From Nitrospirota bacterium (GTDB lineage Bacteria; Nitrospirota; JACRHJ01): a stretch of 64,000 nucleotides of DNA. The first letter of the stretch is position 1, and every line of letters starts with the position of its first letter. Below, one piece after another: positions 45,331 through 55,436 of this stretch. Position numbers and translations under genes: made by a program. The stretch lies in assembly GCA_963733375.1 (NCBI GenBank), contig CAVTDB010000008.1, forward strand, positions 50,652 through 114,651, read 5' to 3'. The notes under the pieces were generated by a model. It worked only from the letters and a program-made list of their open reading frames with translations, ran no database searches and was not told the DNA's origin.

Positions 45331-47133
45331 TCAGGCGGTTTTTTGAACAACCGGAATGAATAAGCTGAAAACACTCCCTTCGCTCACCTCGCTTGCGACT
45401 TCCACCCGGCCGCCGTGCGCATCCATCACGGCTTTGACTATCGCAAGCCCGAGTCCCGTGCCTTTAATGTAGGAAGTCCGCCGCGAACGGTAGTATTTTT
45501 CAAAAATCCTGCCTTGTTCTTCCTTTGGGATTCCAAGGCCTGTATCGGATACGGACACCACGACAAAATCGCCGTCCTTTTCAGCCTTGAGCGTTATTCT
45601 GCCTCCGACAGGCGTATGATTTACGGCATTTTGAATAAGGTTGACCACTGCCCGCTGCACAAGCCTTTGGTCCATCAATATCTTCGGCAGACCTTCCGCT
45701 ATTTCGACGATAAAGGTAAGATCCTTTTTCCGCAGTACCATTTCGAAGCTGGCGTATGCATCCTTCAGGTTCTGAGATATGTCCGACAGGGTGGGATGCA
45801 GCTTAAAATCTCCCGCTTCCAACCTGGAGATGGACAGAAACTCGTCTACTAAACGCATAAGCCTGTCGCTGCTGTTGCGGATGGATACAACTACTTCTCT
45901 TGCCTTCGCATCCAGTTTGAACTTTTCATCCAGCAACAATTCCGAAAAACCCAGGATTACAGTAAGCGGCGATTTAAAGTCGTGACTGATCATGGCGTAG
46001 AAATTGGCTTTTTTCTCGTCGAGTTCTTTTCTTTCGCTTATGTCGCGGACCGCAACCAAAAGACATTTATTCCGGCCTATCGTCGCGAGCCTTATATTTA
46101 TTTCTCCCCAGAACAGGCGTCCGGATTTAGCCTTGCAGTGCCATTCAAATTGCTGGGGTTTGCCCTTCGCGGCCTTTTCCAGCCATTTAATGGCGTATTT
46201 CTGGTTATACGGCGGTTCACCCGAACTTAAATCCTCTACCTCCAGTCGGAGCGCTTCCTCGTACGTGTAACCGTACATCTCGCACATGCGGTCGTTAACG
46301 TCCAGTATTTTTCCGTTCTCCAAGTCATGAACGAAAATAGCTTCGTTGACCGAATTGAAAATGGCCCTGAAAACGCTCTTCCTGCTCCTGTAAGGCCTCC
46401 TCTACCTGCTTGCGCCTGGTGATGTCACGGACCACGGCCACAAGGTAATCTTTCTTATCTAAGGCAATATACGAGGAGTTAATTTCCACAGGGAATAATG
46501 TGCCGTCATTACGCCTGGTGACTCCCTCCATAATCATAGACCCTTTGCTTTTCACCTCCTTGACATGGGCGTCCCATGCGGATTGGTCCGGGAATGCTTC
46601 TTCAACGTCCAGAGTCCTCATAGTAAGCAGTTCGTCTCTCTGTCGTATCCCAGATTGCTGCAGGCTTTATCGTTGACCATCAGGAACCGGCCCGTTGCGG
46701 GGTCGGCAATGAATATCGCATCAGCCGACTTATTGAGCAGGTTCGTGAAGAGCAGCAAAGACTGCTCTTCCATTATGCGGTCAGTGACGTCGCGGACGTA
46801 TTCGATTGCGCCCGTTATCCTGCCGGTTTCAGAATCGAACATGGGGAAACTGCGAAGTTCCAGCCACTGGACATCCTTGCCTTCTTTTTCCGTTTTTATT
46901 ATTTCATATGCAGGCTGGCCGGTCTTGATTGCCTTCACGCTGGGACATCCTTCACATGGGTTTTTCCTGCCCTGGTATATTTCGTAGCATTTTTTCCCAA
47001 CGGCCATAAGTTCAGGATACATCTTATCGAGGGCAGGGTTTATGCGGAGGACATTCAATTCCGTGTCTAAAACACATACCCCGTCCTGGATGCTGGCGAA
47101 GATGTCGGAAAGAATTTTATTATTCGCCTTCAT
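45331..47133 (-). CDS. Cytoplasmic multi-PAS sensor histidine kinase (frameshifts)
   Basis: Three PAS-like segments, ISHDFKSPL H-box, NLIQNAV, DTGLGI and GTGLGL. Confidence 0.85.
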
Positions 47134-47258
47134 GCTTTCCTCGGGCTCAGGACCGCAGCAGTGGTATTTTAATTAGATACTCTAATATTTGATAAGTATA
47201 TCAGACAATGAAAGGTTTTCAAGAAAAAACGGGTAGCGGAGATTTAGTCCAGGCGGTT

Positions 47259-48611
47259 TTAATTCCAAACTTTGTCGGATAAGCCGCCGTGGTCAGCCTT
47301 TTGGCTGGTCATCGGCAGAATTATTTTGAATTCGCTCCCCTTGCGGTCCTCGCTCTCAACCTCCACCTTTCCGCCGTGCGCCTCGGCTACCAGTCTGACT
47401 ATCGTGAGCCCCATTCCCGGGCCTCTGGCGCTATGGACGTCGGGGCAGTTCCCATACTTGTCGAAGATTTTGCATCTTAGTTCCCGCGGTAATCCGGGGC
47501 CGGTATCCGACACGGAAAAATAAGCGTAAGTCCCTTCCGGCTCCATGCGCCGTCCGGCCCTTACGGTTATCGTGCCGCCTCTTGGGGTATAGTTTACGGC
47601 ATTCTGTATCAGGTTATTAAGCGCCCTCTCCACGAGTTTTTTGTCCACAGTGAGGAGCGGCAATCTTTCCGCGTTATCCAAAACCAGTCTCAGGTTCTTT
47701 TTCAAAATCTGGACCGAGAACTCCTTTTTTAATTCCTCCAGGATGGTATTTGCTTCCACGGAGGCAAAGATAGGCGACAGGAGCCTCGACTCAAGCATTG
47801 CATGGAACAGGAAATCGAAATCCTGCACCATGCCATGCAGCTTTTCGCCATTTCTGACTATTGCATTAGCCATATCAACGGCCTTTTCATTCATGCCCTC
47901 AGCCAACGCTATCAGTTCCGCGTAACTCATTAAGGCCGTAACGGGAGTTTCGAAGTCGTGAGTGACCGTGGACAGAAAATTAGATTTCTGCCTTTCCAGC
48001 TTCTTATTTTCGGTTATGTCGGCAAAGACGCCCATCAGGGCTGGCCTGTTTTCATGTTTCATGGGCGTAAAGGTGCATTCGATTTCCGCAAGATCTCCGA
48101 CCTTCCTCTGGCACTCGGTCTGGCACGAAAAGCTCTTGACCTCGCCCGAAAGGACCCTTTCCATGCCCTCCCTGGCGGCGCCTCCGTCCACGGGAAGCAA
48201 TATATCGTCCATAAGACCTTTTTGCTTAATGCTTTCGAGGGGGCGCCCCGTCATTTCTGCAAATGCGGGATTCGCGTATATTATCCGGCCGTCCTGAACC
48301 AGGCAGACCCCGAAGCGCATCCCATCCAGGATGCGCTTAAAAGACGCGTCATTGCCTTGCCTTTTTTGTTTGAAACTGTTTTGCGGCAGGTCGCTCTTCC
48401 CGAAGAGGAGGTGGTCGATGCTCTGCCCGAAGTACTTCGAGAACGCCACGAGGAAGGCAAGGGACGGCTTGGTTATCCCCTTCTCGATCTGACTGATATA
48501 ACCCTGGTCGCATTCGACCAGGCTCGCAAGTTCTTTCTGGCTCTGTCCCGCGTTGGTCCGCGCTTCTTTGATCCGGGCGCCTATGGCCTTGAAGTCTAAG
48601 GATTTTTTCAT
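47259..48611 (-). CDS. XRE-HTH + PAS + histidine kinase fusion
   Basis: IGARIKEAR..SQKELA..QGYISQIEKG HTH, PAS, VTHDFETPV H-box, NLIQNAV, DTGPGL and GPGMGL. Confidence 0.85.
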   Translation of the reverse strand: MKKSLDFKAIGARIKEARTNAGQSQKELASLVECDQGYISQIEKGITKPSLAFLVAFSKYFGQSIDHLLFGKSDLPQNSFKQKRQGNDASFKRILDGMRFGVCLVQDGRIIYANPAFAEMTGRPLESIKQKGLMDDILLPVDGGAAREGMERVLSGEVKSFSCQTECQRKVGDLAEIECTFTPMKHENRPALMGVFADITENKKLERQKSNFLSTVTHDFETPVTALMSYAELIALAEGMNEKAVDMANAIVRNGEKLHGMVQDFDFLFHAMLESRLLSPIFASVEANTILEELKKEFSVQILKKNLRLVLDNAERLPLLTVDKKLVERALNNLIQNAVNYTPRGGTITVRAGRRMEPEGTYAYFSVSDTGPGLPRELRCKIFDKYGNCPDVHSARGPGMGLTIVRLVAEAHGGKVEVESEDRKGSEFKIILPMTSQKADHGGLSDKVWN

Positions 48612-48767
48612 GCTATGTTTCCCGGCCTCGTTTTTGGATGCATTATTATAATATATCAATCATTTAGAAAAAAAAAATTAAAAAAAGATTAATTCTCCTT
48701 AATGAATAATACGCCGCTTCATGCTTTGGGATTTGGCATGGTTAGAGGAATGCTTGCAACTTGGTCT

Positions 48768-50445
48768 CTATTCGTGCAGCGCCTTATGGACGAACGAGAT
48801 CGCAATCGACCCCTCGCCGACCGCCGACGCCACACGTTTGACGTTGCCGCTTCTGACATCGCCTACGGCGAACACTCCGGGCAAGCTCGTCTCCAACAGA
48901 TGAGGGACTCCGGAGCAGCGGCCAATGCGCCGCCGTCAAGTCTTCTCGCGACAGGTCGGGACCCGTCTTGATGAACCCGCCACCGTCGAGCGCTACACAT
49001 CCGCCGAGCCACTGCGTATTGGGCGCCGCACCCGTCATAACGAAGACATGGCGGATGTCGTGAGTCTCTGACGTATCCTTTTTGCTATCCCGCCATTGCA
49101 CGCGCTCAAGGTGGTCGCCTCCCATGAGCGCCGTGATTTCTGTCTGCAACCGCAAGGCGATGGCGGGAGTCTCCTCGATGCGCCGGATCAGATAGCGTGA
49201 CATGCTGTCCGCCAGTGTGTCGGACCGGACGAGCAGGTGAACACGTTTTGCGGTTTGCGAGAGAAACACGGCGGCCTGCCCCGCGGAGTTTCCTCCGCCC
49301 ACGACAACCACTTCGTCGTCGGAGCACAGCTGCGACTCGACGTATGTGGCCGCGTAGTAGACGCCTGCGCCCTCGAATTGCGACAGGTTACCCAGAGGCA
49401 GTTTCCTGTATTGCGCGCCGGTCGCAATGATTACCGAACGCGCCTGCACAGGCGGACCATCGTCGAACTCGATGGCGTAGGGCTTATGATCACCCATAAG
49501 CCGCCTGGCGCATCTCGCGACCATCACTTGAGCGCCGAATTTCTGCGCCTGTGTGTATGCGCGCATTGCGAGTTCTTCACCTGAAATGCCCGTCGGAAAA
49601 CCAAGGTAGTTCTCGATCTTCGAGCTCGAACCCGCCTGCCCCCCGGGTGCGTCCGCTTCCAGCACCAGGACGTCCAGTCCTTCCGAAGCGGCGTACACGG
49701 CAGCCGCGAGCCCCGCGGATCCGGCGCCGACGATCACGACGTCACGCAATGCCGTCAGGTTTATCGCCTCGTTGAAGCCGAGACTCTCTGCGATCTGGCT
49801 GTTGGTCGGGTTGCGAAGCGCCGTATCGCCGCGGCAGATAACCACAGGCACATCGCTTACGGCGACGTGAAAATGATCCAGAAGCTCCTGTACGCCGGCG
49901 TCACGGTTTAAGTCTATGTACGAGTAGGGTTGCCCGTTGCGTGCCAGGAACTCTCTGATGCGAAGCGTGCCTGCGGAATGGTCCGACCCGAGGACTACGA
50001 CGTCTCCGAACCCCTGCGCAATCAGCTCCACCCGGCGCAGCACGAAGGCGAGCATGAAAATCTCGCTCAACTCGCTGTCGTCTTGCAACAACTGAAGCAG
50101 GTGTCCGCGGTCGACCTCGATCACCTCGCCCGCTTCCTTTGCGCGCACCCGTACCAGAATGCGGCGTCCGGAGAGGATGCTTACTTCCCCCGTGAACTGC
50201 CCAGGCAGAAACAGGGCCACCGGTTTCTCGGCGGCGCCCGATGGCAGGACGGCCTCCACTTGGCCGGTTTTGACGACGAAGAGCGGGGCGTCCTTATCCC
50301 CGGCCTCGATTAAAACCTCGCCGGGCTGGACCTGGCGGACGCGTCCCAGCGCAGCCAGGCGCTCGACCTGCGCCGGCTTCAGCTTTGGAAACACTGCGGC
50401 GGGCGTAGAAAAGGGCGATTTGAGGAGAGGATATTCTTCGGTCAT
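48768..50445 (-). CDS. Cyclic-nucleotide-binding domain + thioredoxin-reductase-like FAD oxidoreductase
   Basis: N-terminal cNMP domain (PGQFTGEV), GAGSAGL, SSKIENYLGFP and GGGNSAGQAA; C-terminus PGVFAVGDVRSG lies in a shifted frame. Confidence 0.88.
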
Positions 50446-50513
50446 GGTGATGTGCCTTTCGAGTGGCCGTCGGTGACATGCGTGCAGATCATGTTTTGAG
50501 TCCCCTCCATCAG

Positions 50514-51092
50514 TCAATCGAGTTGCCGAATCTCTCGATATCGGAAACAATCGACGAGGTGATCATTCACCATGCCGACCGCCTGCATGTGTGCATAAAT
50601 GACAGTAGGGCCGACGAAGCCGAATCCACGGCGCTTGAGGTCCTTGCTGAACGCGTCGGATTCGGGTGAGGTCGCCGGAATTTCCCCTGTCGCCTTCCAC
50701 CGGTTCAGCTTGGGCCGTCCATTGACGAAGCGCCAGCAATAGGCTTCAAAACTTCCGAACTCTTCCTGAATTGCGAGAAACGCCCGGGCGTTGCGTACCG
50801 CGGCTTCGATTTTCATCCGGTTTCGAATGATCGCCGGGTCCAATGTGAGCTCTCGAATTCGCTTATCGGTATATCGCGCCACTTTCCCAGGATCGAACCG
50901 GCTGAATGCGCGGCGATAACCGTCCCGTTTTTTAAGCACGATCGACCAGCTGAGTCCGGCCTGCGCCCCTTCGAGCACCAGGAACTCAAAGTGTTTGCGG
51001 TCGTCGTGGACTGGCACACCCCATTCGTTATCGTGATACTGGATCATCAGCGCATCGTCCAGGTTGACCCAGGCGCATCGTTTCTTTTTCAT
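50514..51092 (-). CDS. tag: DNA-3-methyladenine glycosylase I
   Basis: RCAW, YHDNEWG, LEGAQAGLSW, IIRNRMKI and MQAVGMVNDHLVDC. Confidence 0.93.
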   Translation of the reverse strand: MKKKRCAWVNLDDALMIQYHDNEWGVPVHDDRKHFEFLVLEGAQAGLSWSIVLKKRDGYRRAFSRFDPGKVARYTDKRIRELTLDPAIIRNRMKIEAAVRNARAFLAIQEEFGSFEAYCWRFVNGRPKLNRWKATGEIPATSPESDAFSKDLKRRGFGFVGPTVIYAHMQAVGMVNDHLVDCFRYREIRQLD

Positions 51093-51883
51093 GTGATCGT
51101 CTCGACCACGCCGCCATCTACCCTGAGCGCAGCGCCGGTTGTTGCCGACGCCTGCAGCGAAGCGGCATAGACGACCATATTGGCCACTTCTTCCACGGTC
51201 GCCGCGCGCTGGATGATCGAGGTGGGGCGATGCTTCATCACAAAGGCGGTCGCCGCCTCTTCCATGGACAGGCCGGATGCCTTCTGCTCTTCCTTCAGCA
51301 TGGCTTTTACGCCTTCCGACAATGTCGGCCCTGGCATGATGGCATTGACGGTTACGCCAGTGCCGGAAGTGCGTTTGGCCAGGCCGCGTGAGATAGAGAG
51401 GACTGCTGTTTTGGTGAAGCCGTAATGGATCATGTCGGCGGGGATGTTCAGCGCTGACTCCGAGGACAAAAACAGTACGCGGCCCCAATTGCGTTGCACC
51501 ATGCCAGGCAGATAGGCGCGGGACAGCCTCACGCCCGACATTACATTCACCTCGAAGTAGCGTGTCCATTCGGCATCTGGAATCTCGAAGAAATCCTGCG
51601 GCCCGTAGATCCCGACGTTGTTGACCAGGATGTCTGCCGACGGATGCGCAGCCGCCACTGCCGCGCAACCATCCGCAGTACCTACATCGGCCGCAACGCC
51701 GCGGAAGTTTGCTCGCGCAACTTCCGAGGACAGCCTGGCTAAGGCGCTTTCGACAGCGGCAGCCGTACGGCCGTTCACAACCACATCGGCGCCAGCCTGC
51801 GCCAGGCCTTTCGCGATGGCATAGCCGATTCCGCCCGTTGAGCCCGTGACGATGGCAGTCTTTCCTGACAGGTCGATTTTCAT
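51089..51883 (-). CDS. SDR oxidoreductase
   Basis: VTGSTGGIG, LVNNVG, YGFTKTA and LRVDGG. Confidence 0.92.
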   Translation of the reverse strand: MKIDLSGKTAIVTGSTGGIGYAIAKGLAQAGADVVVNGRTAAAVESALARLSSEVARANFRGVAADVGTADGCAAVAAAHPSADILVNNVGIYGPQDFFEIPDAEWTRYFEVNVMSGVRLSRAYLPGMVQRNWGRVLFLSSESALNIPADMIHYGFTKTAVLSISRGLAKRTSGTGVTVNAIMPGPTLSEGVKAMLKEEQKASGLSMEEAATAFVMKHRPTSIIQRAATVEEVANMVVYAASLQASATTGAALRVDGGVVETIT

Positions 51884-52136
51884 GGGGTGGTCCTTTATTT
51901 TATCGTTCCTCGATTAAGGTTGCAGGACATATGAGTTGCGTCCATTTTTTTATCCATCATTTCAAATCTAACCCTCTCAAAGGAATTGTCAAGATGGCGA
52001 AATCCCCTGATTTCTTACTTTCGGGGTAACTAACTGTAGAATAACGGGTTTTAGTACGGCTGGTGGAATTGGCAGACAGGGGCGTTGCGGTTGACATTGG
52101 CGGCGGTAGTAAAAAGTAGTGAACCTCAGAAAAAAT

Positions 52137-52166
52137 AAGGGGTTAGCTTTTTAAGCTAACCCCTTG
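52137..52166. terminator. Hairpin downstream of the tRNA fragment
   Basis: AAGGGGTTAGC-ttttta-AGCTAACCCCTT. Confidence 0.7.
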
Positions 52167-52173
52167 ATTTATT

Positions 52174-52218
52174 TGGTGGCGGGGGCAGGATTTGAACCTG
52201 CGACCTTCGGGTTATGAG
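52174..52218 (-). mobile_element. 3' fragment of tRNA-Met(CAU), att-like integration scar
   Basis: Reverse complement CTCATAACCCGAAGGTCGCAGGTTCAAATCCTGCCCCCGCCACCA covers the anticodon loop to CCA. The 5' half is absent. TTTAGCACA direct repeats at 52347 and 52358. Confidence 0.8.
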
Positions 52219-52423
52219 AACGATTTTGGCAAAAACTCTAACTTCTTGATATTGGTCTGGTTTCCCGATTAAATCGACATATTAAGAGGTTAGGGGGCGT
52301 TACAATAGTTATCTTGATTACGATGATTCTATCCTTTTGGATACTTTTTAGCACAAATTTAGCACATTGACCCAGGTTCAATCAGTATTATGGTTGATAC
52401 GAGCTGATTCCGCTGCGACGTGC

Positions 52424-53599
52424 TTAAAACAGCCTGTAACTGCTGTCTAGGAGCCCTCTCCAAAGTCCACCCATGCCTTTGAGGGCCCTTTGCGTCTCTC
52501 CTTCCACGGCATGATGCAGCTCCTTCTCCGAAAGCTCCGATCTTACTTTTACATTTATTAGCTGGGGCTGGTCAATCGGGCTGCCTATACGGCTAACCAT
52601 ATAAACCTGCGCTTCCTGGACTCCGGAAACGGCCGAAAGCGCAGACGCCATATTCGAGGCTGCCACGTTGTACACCTTGCCCACGTGGTTCACGGGGTTT
52701 TTTCCAGAGGCCGCCTCCATTACCATTGGCCGGTATGGAGTAATGAGCCCGTTTACCCGGTTTCCCCTGCCGACCGCGCCATCGTCGCCTGACTCGGCGC
52801 TTGTGCCTGTCACGGTAAGGTAGAACACGTCTTCTTCTTCCCTGTCCGCCACGTTTAGTGACATCACAACGTGTCCGCCATACAAATCGCTCGCTTTCTG
52901 TTCCAGCATTCCGGCGACCGCGCGCTTTTTTTCGAGGTAATCGCCCGCCGAATACACGTAGCGGTCTACAAAGGCAATGGCAATGGTCAGGCGTATGTCC
53001 GCGCCGTCGCGTACGGCCATTATCTTTGTGTCCTCACCGGCCTCCGGGTGCAAGGTCTTGAAAGGAGCTGAGCAGAGGTATCCGTCAAGCTCCAGGACAA
53101 GCGACTCAAGCGGCGAGAGGGGGGCATATCCCACCCCTATAGAGGTGTCGTTTGCAAGGGGCATACTGGCGGGAGAGTCGAACACCGTTACGAGCTCATG
53201 GCTGCCGGGACGTATCTTGACGTTGACCGTAATGTCTTTTTTTATGTCAATATTCCGGAGCGTTCTCGAAATCAAGCGCTCGGCCGTATCCCGCGCCAGG
53301 TCTTCGAGCGGAAAGGCTCCATCAGACGCGCGGCCGATTAATATAAATTCCATCGGCACAAGCACACTTCCACCGCCGTATGAGACCTCCGACCTGCCGC
53401 CTGCGAGCACGCATTTGTCCAGGTTGTGGTGAAGTATCCTTCCGGCCTTTTCAAGGTAATGCTTGGAGAAGGCTATCGACAGCTCTTCGGCCACTCCGTC
53501 GCAAAGCGTATCCGGATGTCCCGCGCCCTTGCGCTCGACCATCTCCGCCTTCCCGAGGGATAGAGGCGTGCCAGTGAGTGGTTCGATTATTATCCTCAT
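52424..53599 (-). CDS. mat: Archaeal-type S-adenosylmethionine synthetase
   Basis: [60 protein letters not shown] and [13 protein letters not shown]. Confidence 0.92.
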   Translation of the reverse strand: MRIIIEPLTGTPLSLGKAEMVERKGAGHPDTLCDGVAEELSIAFSKHYLEKAGRILHHNLDKCVLAGGRSEVSYGGGSVLVPMEFILIGRASDGAFPLEDLARDTAERLISRTLRNIDIKKDITVNVKIRPGSHELVTVFDSPASMPLANDTSIGVGYAPLSPLESLVLELDGYLCSAPFKTLHPEAGEDTKIMAVRDGADIRLTIAIAFVDRYVYSAGDYLEKKRAVAGMLEQKASDLYGGHVVMSLNVADREEEDVFYLTVTGTSAESGDDGAVGRGNRVNGLITPYRPMVMEAASGKNPVNHVGKVYNVAASNMASALSAVSGVQEAQVYMVSRIGSPIDQPQLINVKVRSELSEKELHHAVEGETQRALKGMGGLWRGLLDSSYRLF

Positions 53600-53636
53600 G
53601 ACAAAAGTATACCCCACTGGTATTTTTGGTAAAGGT

Positions 53637-53906
53637 TCACGGCCTCCTCCAAAAACCCTGAAACCCCTCAAGGGGCGGAAGAACCCAAGTACCGGCGGAG
53701 CAAGAAGCTCTTTGCGCCCTCTTCAGTGACGCCTCGTCTATGTCTGTGGCCAATACCTCCAATTCAAGGCTGGGGTATCCCGGCTGGAGGCGGTCAATCC
53801 TTCGGCGGGCGGAACGCCGCCTGTATTTGCTCCAGTTGAGGTCAAGCGCCGGGCAGGCCTTTTTAAGGAAGTCGTCGAAAGACAAGACCAAGCCTCCCTT
53901 ATTCAT
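53637..53906 (-). pseudogene. CheR methyltransferase remnant with internal deletions
   Basis: N-terminal FDDFL..LDLNWSKYRRR joined directly to LEVLATDIDEASLKRA; only about 90 aa. Confidence 0.6.
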
Positions 53907-53935
53907 GATTTCCACTTTTAACTATAATATTTATT

Positions 53936-54802
53936 ATGGCTGCTTTTTCTATATTCAAGACGCCCGAAGGAAGGGATGTCTTTATGGCTTCTTATGATAG
54001 TGTCCTCTCCCGCTGGCCCGCCGCATACGAAATAATGTTTGTGCCTACACGATTCGGACCTACGCACGTCATTGTGAGCGGGCATGTAGGAGCGCGGCCG
54101 CTGGTGTTGCTCTCCGGGGCGGGCACAAGCTCGACTATTTGGTACCCAAACATAGCCGGGCTCAGCACCCGCTTCCGCACTTTTGCGATCGATACCCCAG
54201 GGGATGCCGGTAAAAGCATAAGCGAGAGGCCATTAAGAACCAGGTCTGATTGCGCGCAGTGGTTGAAGGATGTTCTCGACGGCCTTGGGATCGAGAAAGC
54301 GCACGTGGCGGGGGTGTCTTACGGCGGGTGGCTGGCGATGAACATGGCATTACTTGCGCCGGAACGCGTATTAAAGGCCGCGCTCGTGGCGCCGGCAGGG
54401 TCTTTCGTACCGCTCGGGCCGACATTTTATAAGGTTTATTATTCGATAGTGTTGCTGCCATACAGGCCGATTGTTAAAACCGTCCTTAGAAGGCTGTCTG
54501 CAAAGGGCGGGCCGGAATTCGAGAGATGGGCCGAGCAGATGGCGATAGTGGTAAGGCATTGCCGTCTTCAAAGAGTATTCCCAATAGTATTTACGGACGA
54601 TGAACTGCGCCGCTGCAATACGCCGGTCCTGTTCATAGCGGGGGAGAAGGAGAACCTCTATAACCTGGAATCGGCTATCGACCGCGCGAAAAGCCTTCTT
54701 CAGAATTTCAGAGCCGAAGTCGTCCCTGGAGCCGGGCATATCGTAAACCTCGACCAGCCTGAAAGAGTCAACGGTTGCATCCTGAAGTTTCTTTCACAAT
54801 AG
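53936..54802 (+). CDS. Alpha/beta hydrolase
   Basis: AIDTPGDAGKS, GVSYGG nucleophile elbow and PGAGH. Confidence 0.9.
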   Translation: MAAFSIFKTPEGRDVFMASYDSVLSRWPAAYEIMFVPTRFGPTHVIVSGHVGARPLVLLSGAGTSSTIWYPNIAGLSTRFRTFAIDTPGDAGKSISERPLRTRSDCAQWLKDVLDGLGIEKAHVAGVSYGGWLAMNMALLAPERVLKAALVAPAGSFVPLGPTFYKVYYSIVLLPYRPIVKTVLRRLSAKGGPEFERWAEQMAIVVRHCRLQRVFPIVFTDDELRRCNTPVLFIAGEKENLYNLESAIDRAKSLLQNFRAEVVPGAGHIVNLDQPERVNGCILKFLSQ

Positions 54803-54882
54803 CCCTCGGCTTTACAAATTTCAATTTCGGCTGTTAACTGTTCATTATAAATATAGACCTTACAGGGCGGGAGGCAGGGAAA

Positions 54883-55295
54883 ATGGCTAAAGTGGCAAGG
54901 ACGACCCCGTAATGATAGTGAGGTGCCAGAGCGGCCTTCCCGCGGTAGGAGAGGCGCTTGAGCCGTTTGCCTTCCCACATCTTGTTTCCGGCTGGATGCG
55001 TGGCTCGCATTGCGGGCCTTTGATGCCTGTCGCTTTCTGCGACGCGAACCCTTCGCGGTTCGACGGCCCCCCAAGGGTAATAGCCGCGGGCTTTCAGCTT
55101 TCTGACGGAAAGCTTATCGGGCCGAGGGACATTTTCGCGGACGTAAGCTTCGATGAGGCGAGGAAGGAGGCGAACAGGGTTGCGAACTACATGCGCAGGC
55201 ACGGCCCGTTCGAACCGCACAGGCTGGGTCCGGAAGAAATGGAGTACACTACCATGCCCCACATCATGGAGAAACTTAAGGACAGGTTCGAATAA
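54883..55295 (+). pseudogene. Fructose-1,6-bisphosphate aldolase/phosphatase (class V FBPase) remnant
   Basis: RBS+ATGGCTAAAGT joined out of frame to GKDDPVMIVRCQSG..GWMRGSH.GPLMP..RFDGPPRV..RRHGPFEPHRL..EMEYTT (C-terminal third only). Confidence 0.8.
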
Positions 55296-55436
55296 AATTT
55301 AAACAGTCAATGTCTTCCGACGCGCGCTTTGAATGCTCTACTGCTTTATGCGGAGGCGTACTCTGCCCGACCCTTATCTATAGGTTATACTATAAGCATT
55401 GCCTTGATTTCCCACGGTTAACATAAGGAGGTTACC

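Noticed and set aside
52060-52082. GGTGGAATTGGCAGAC resembling a tRNA-Leu D-arm
   Set aside because: No acceptor, anticodon or T-arm follows; too short to support
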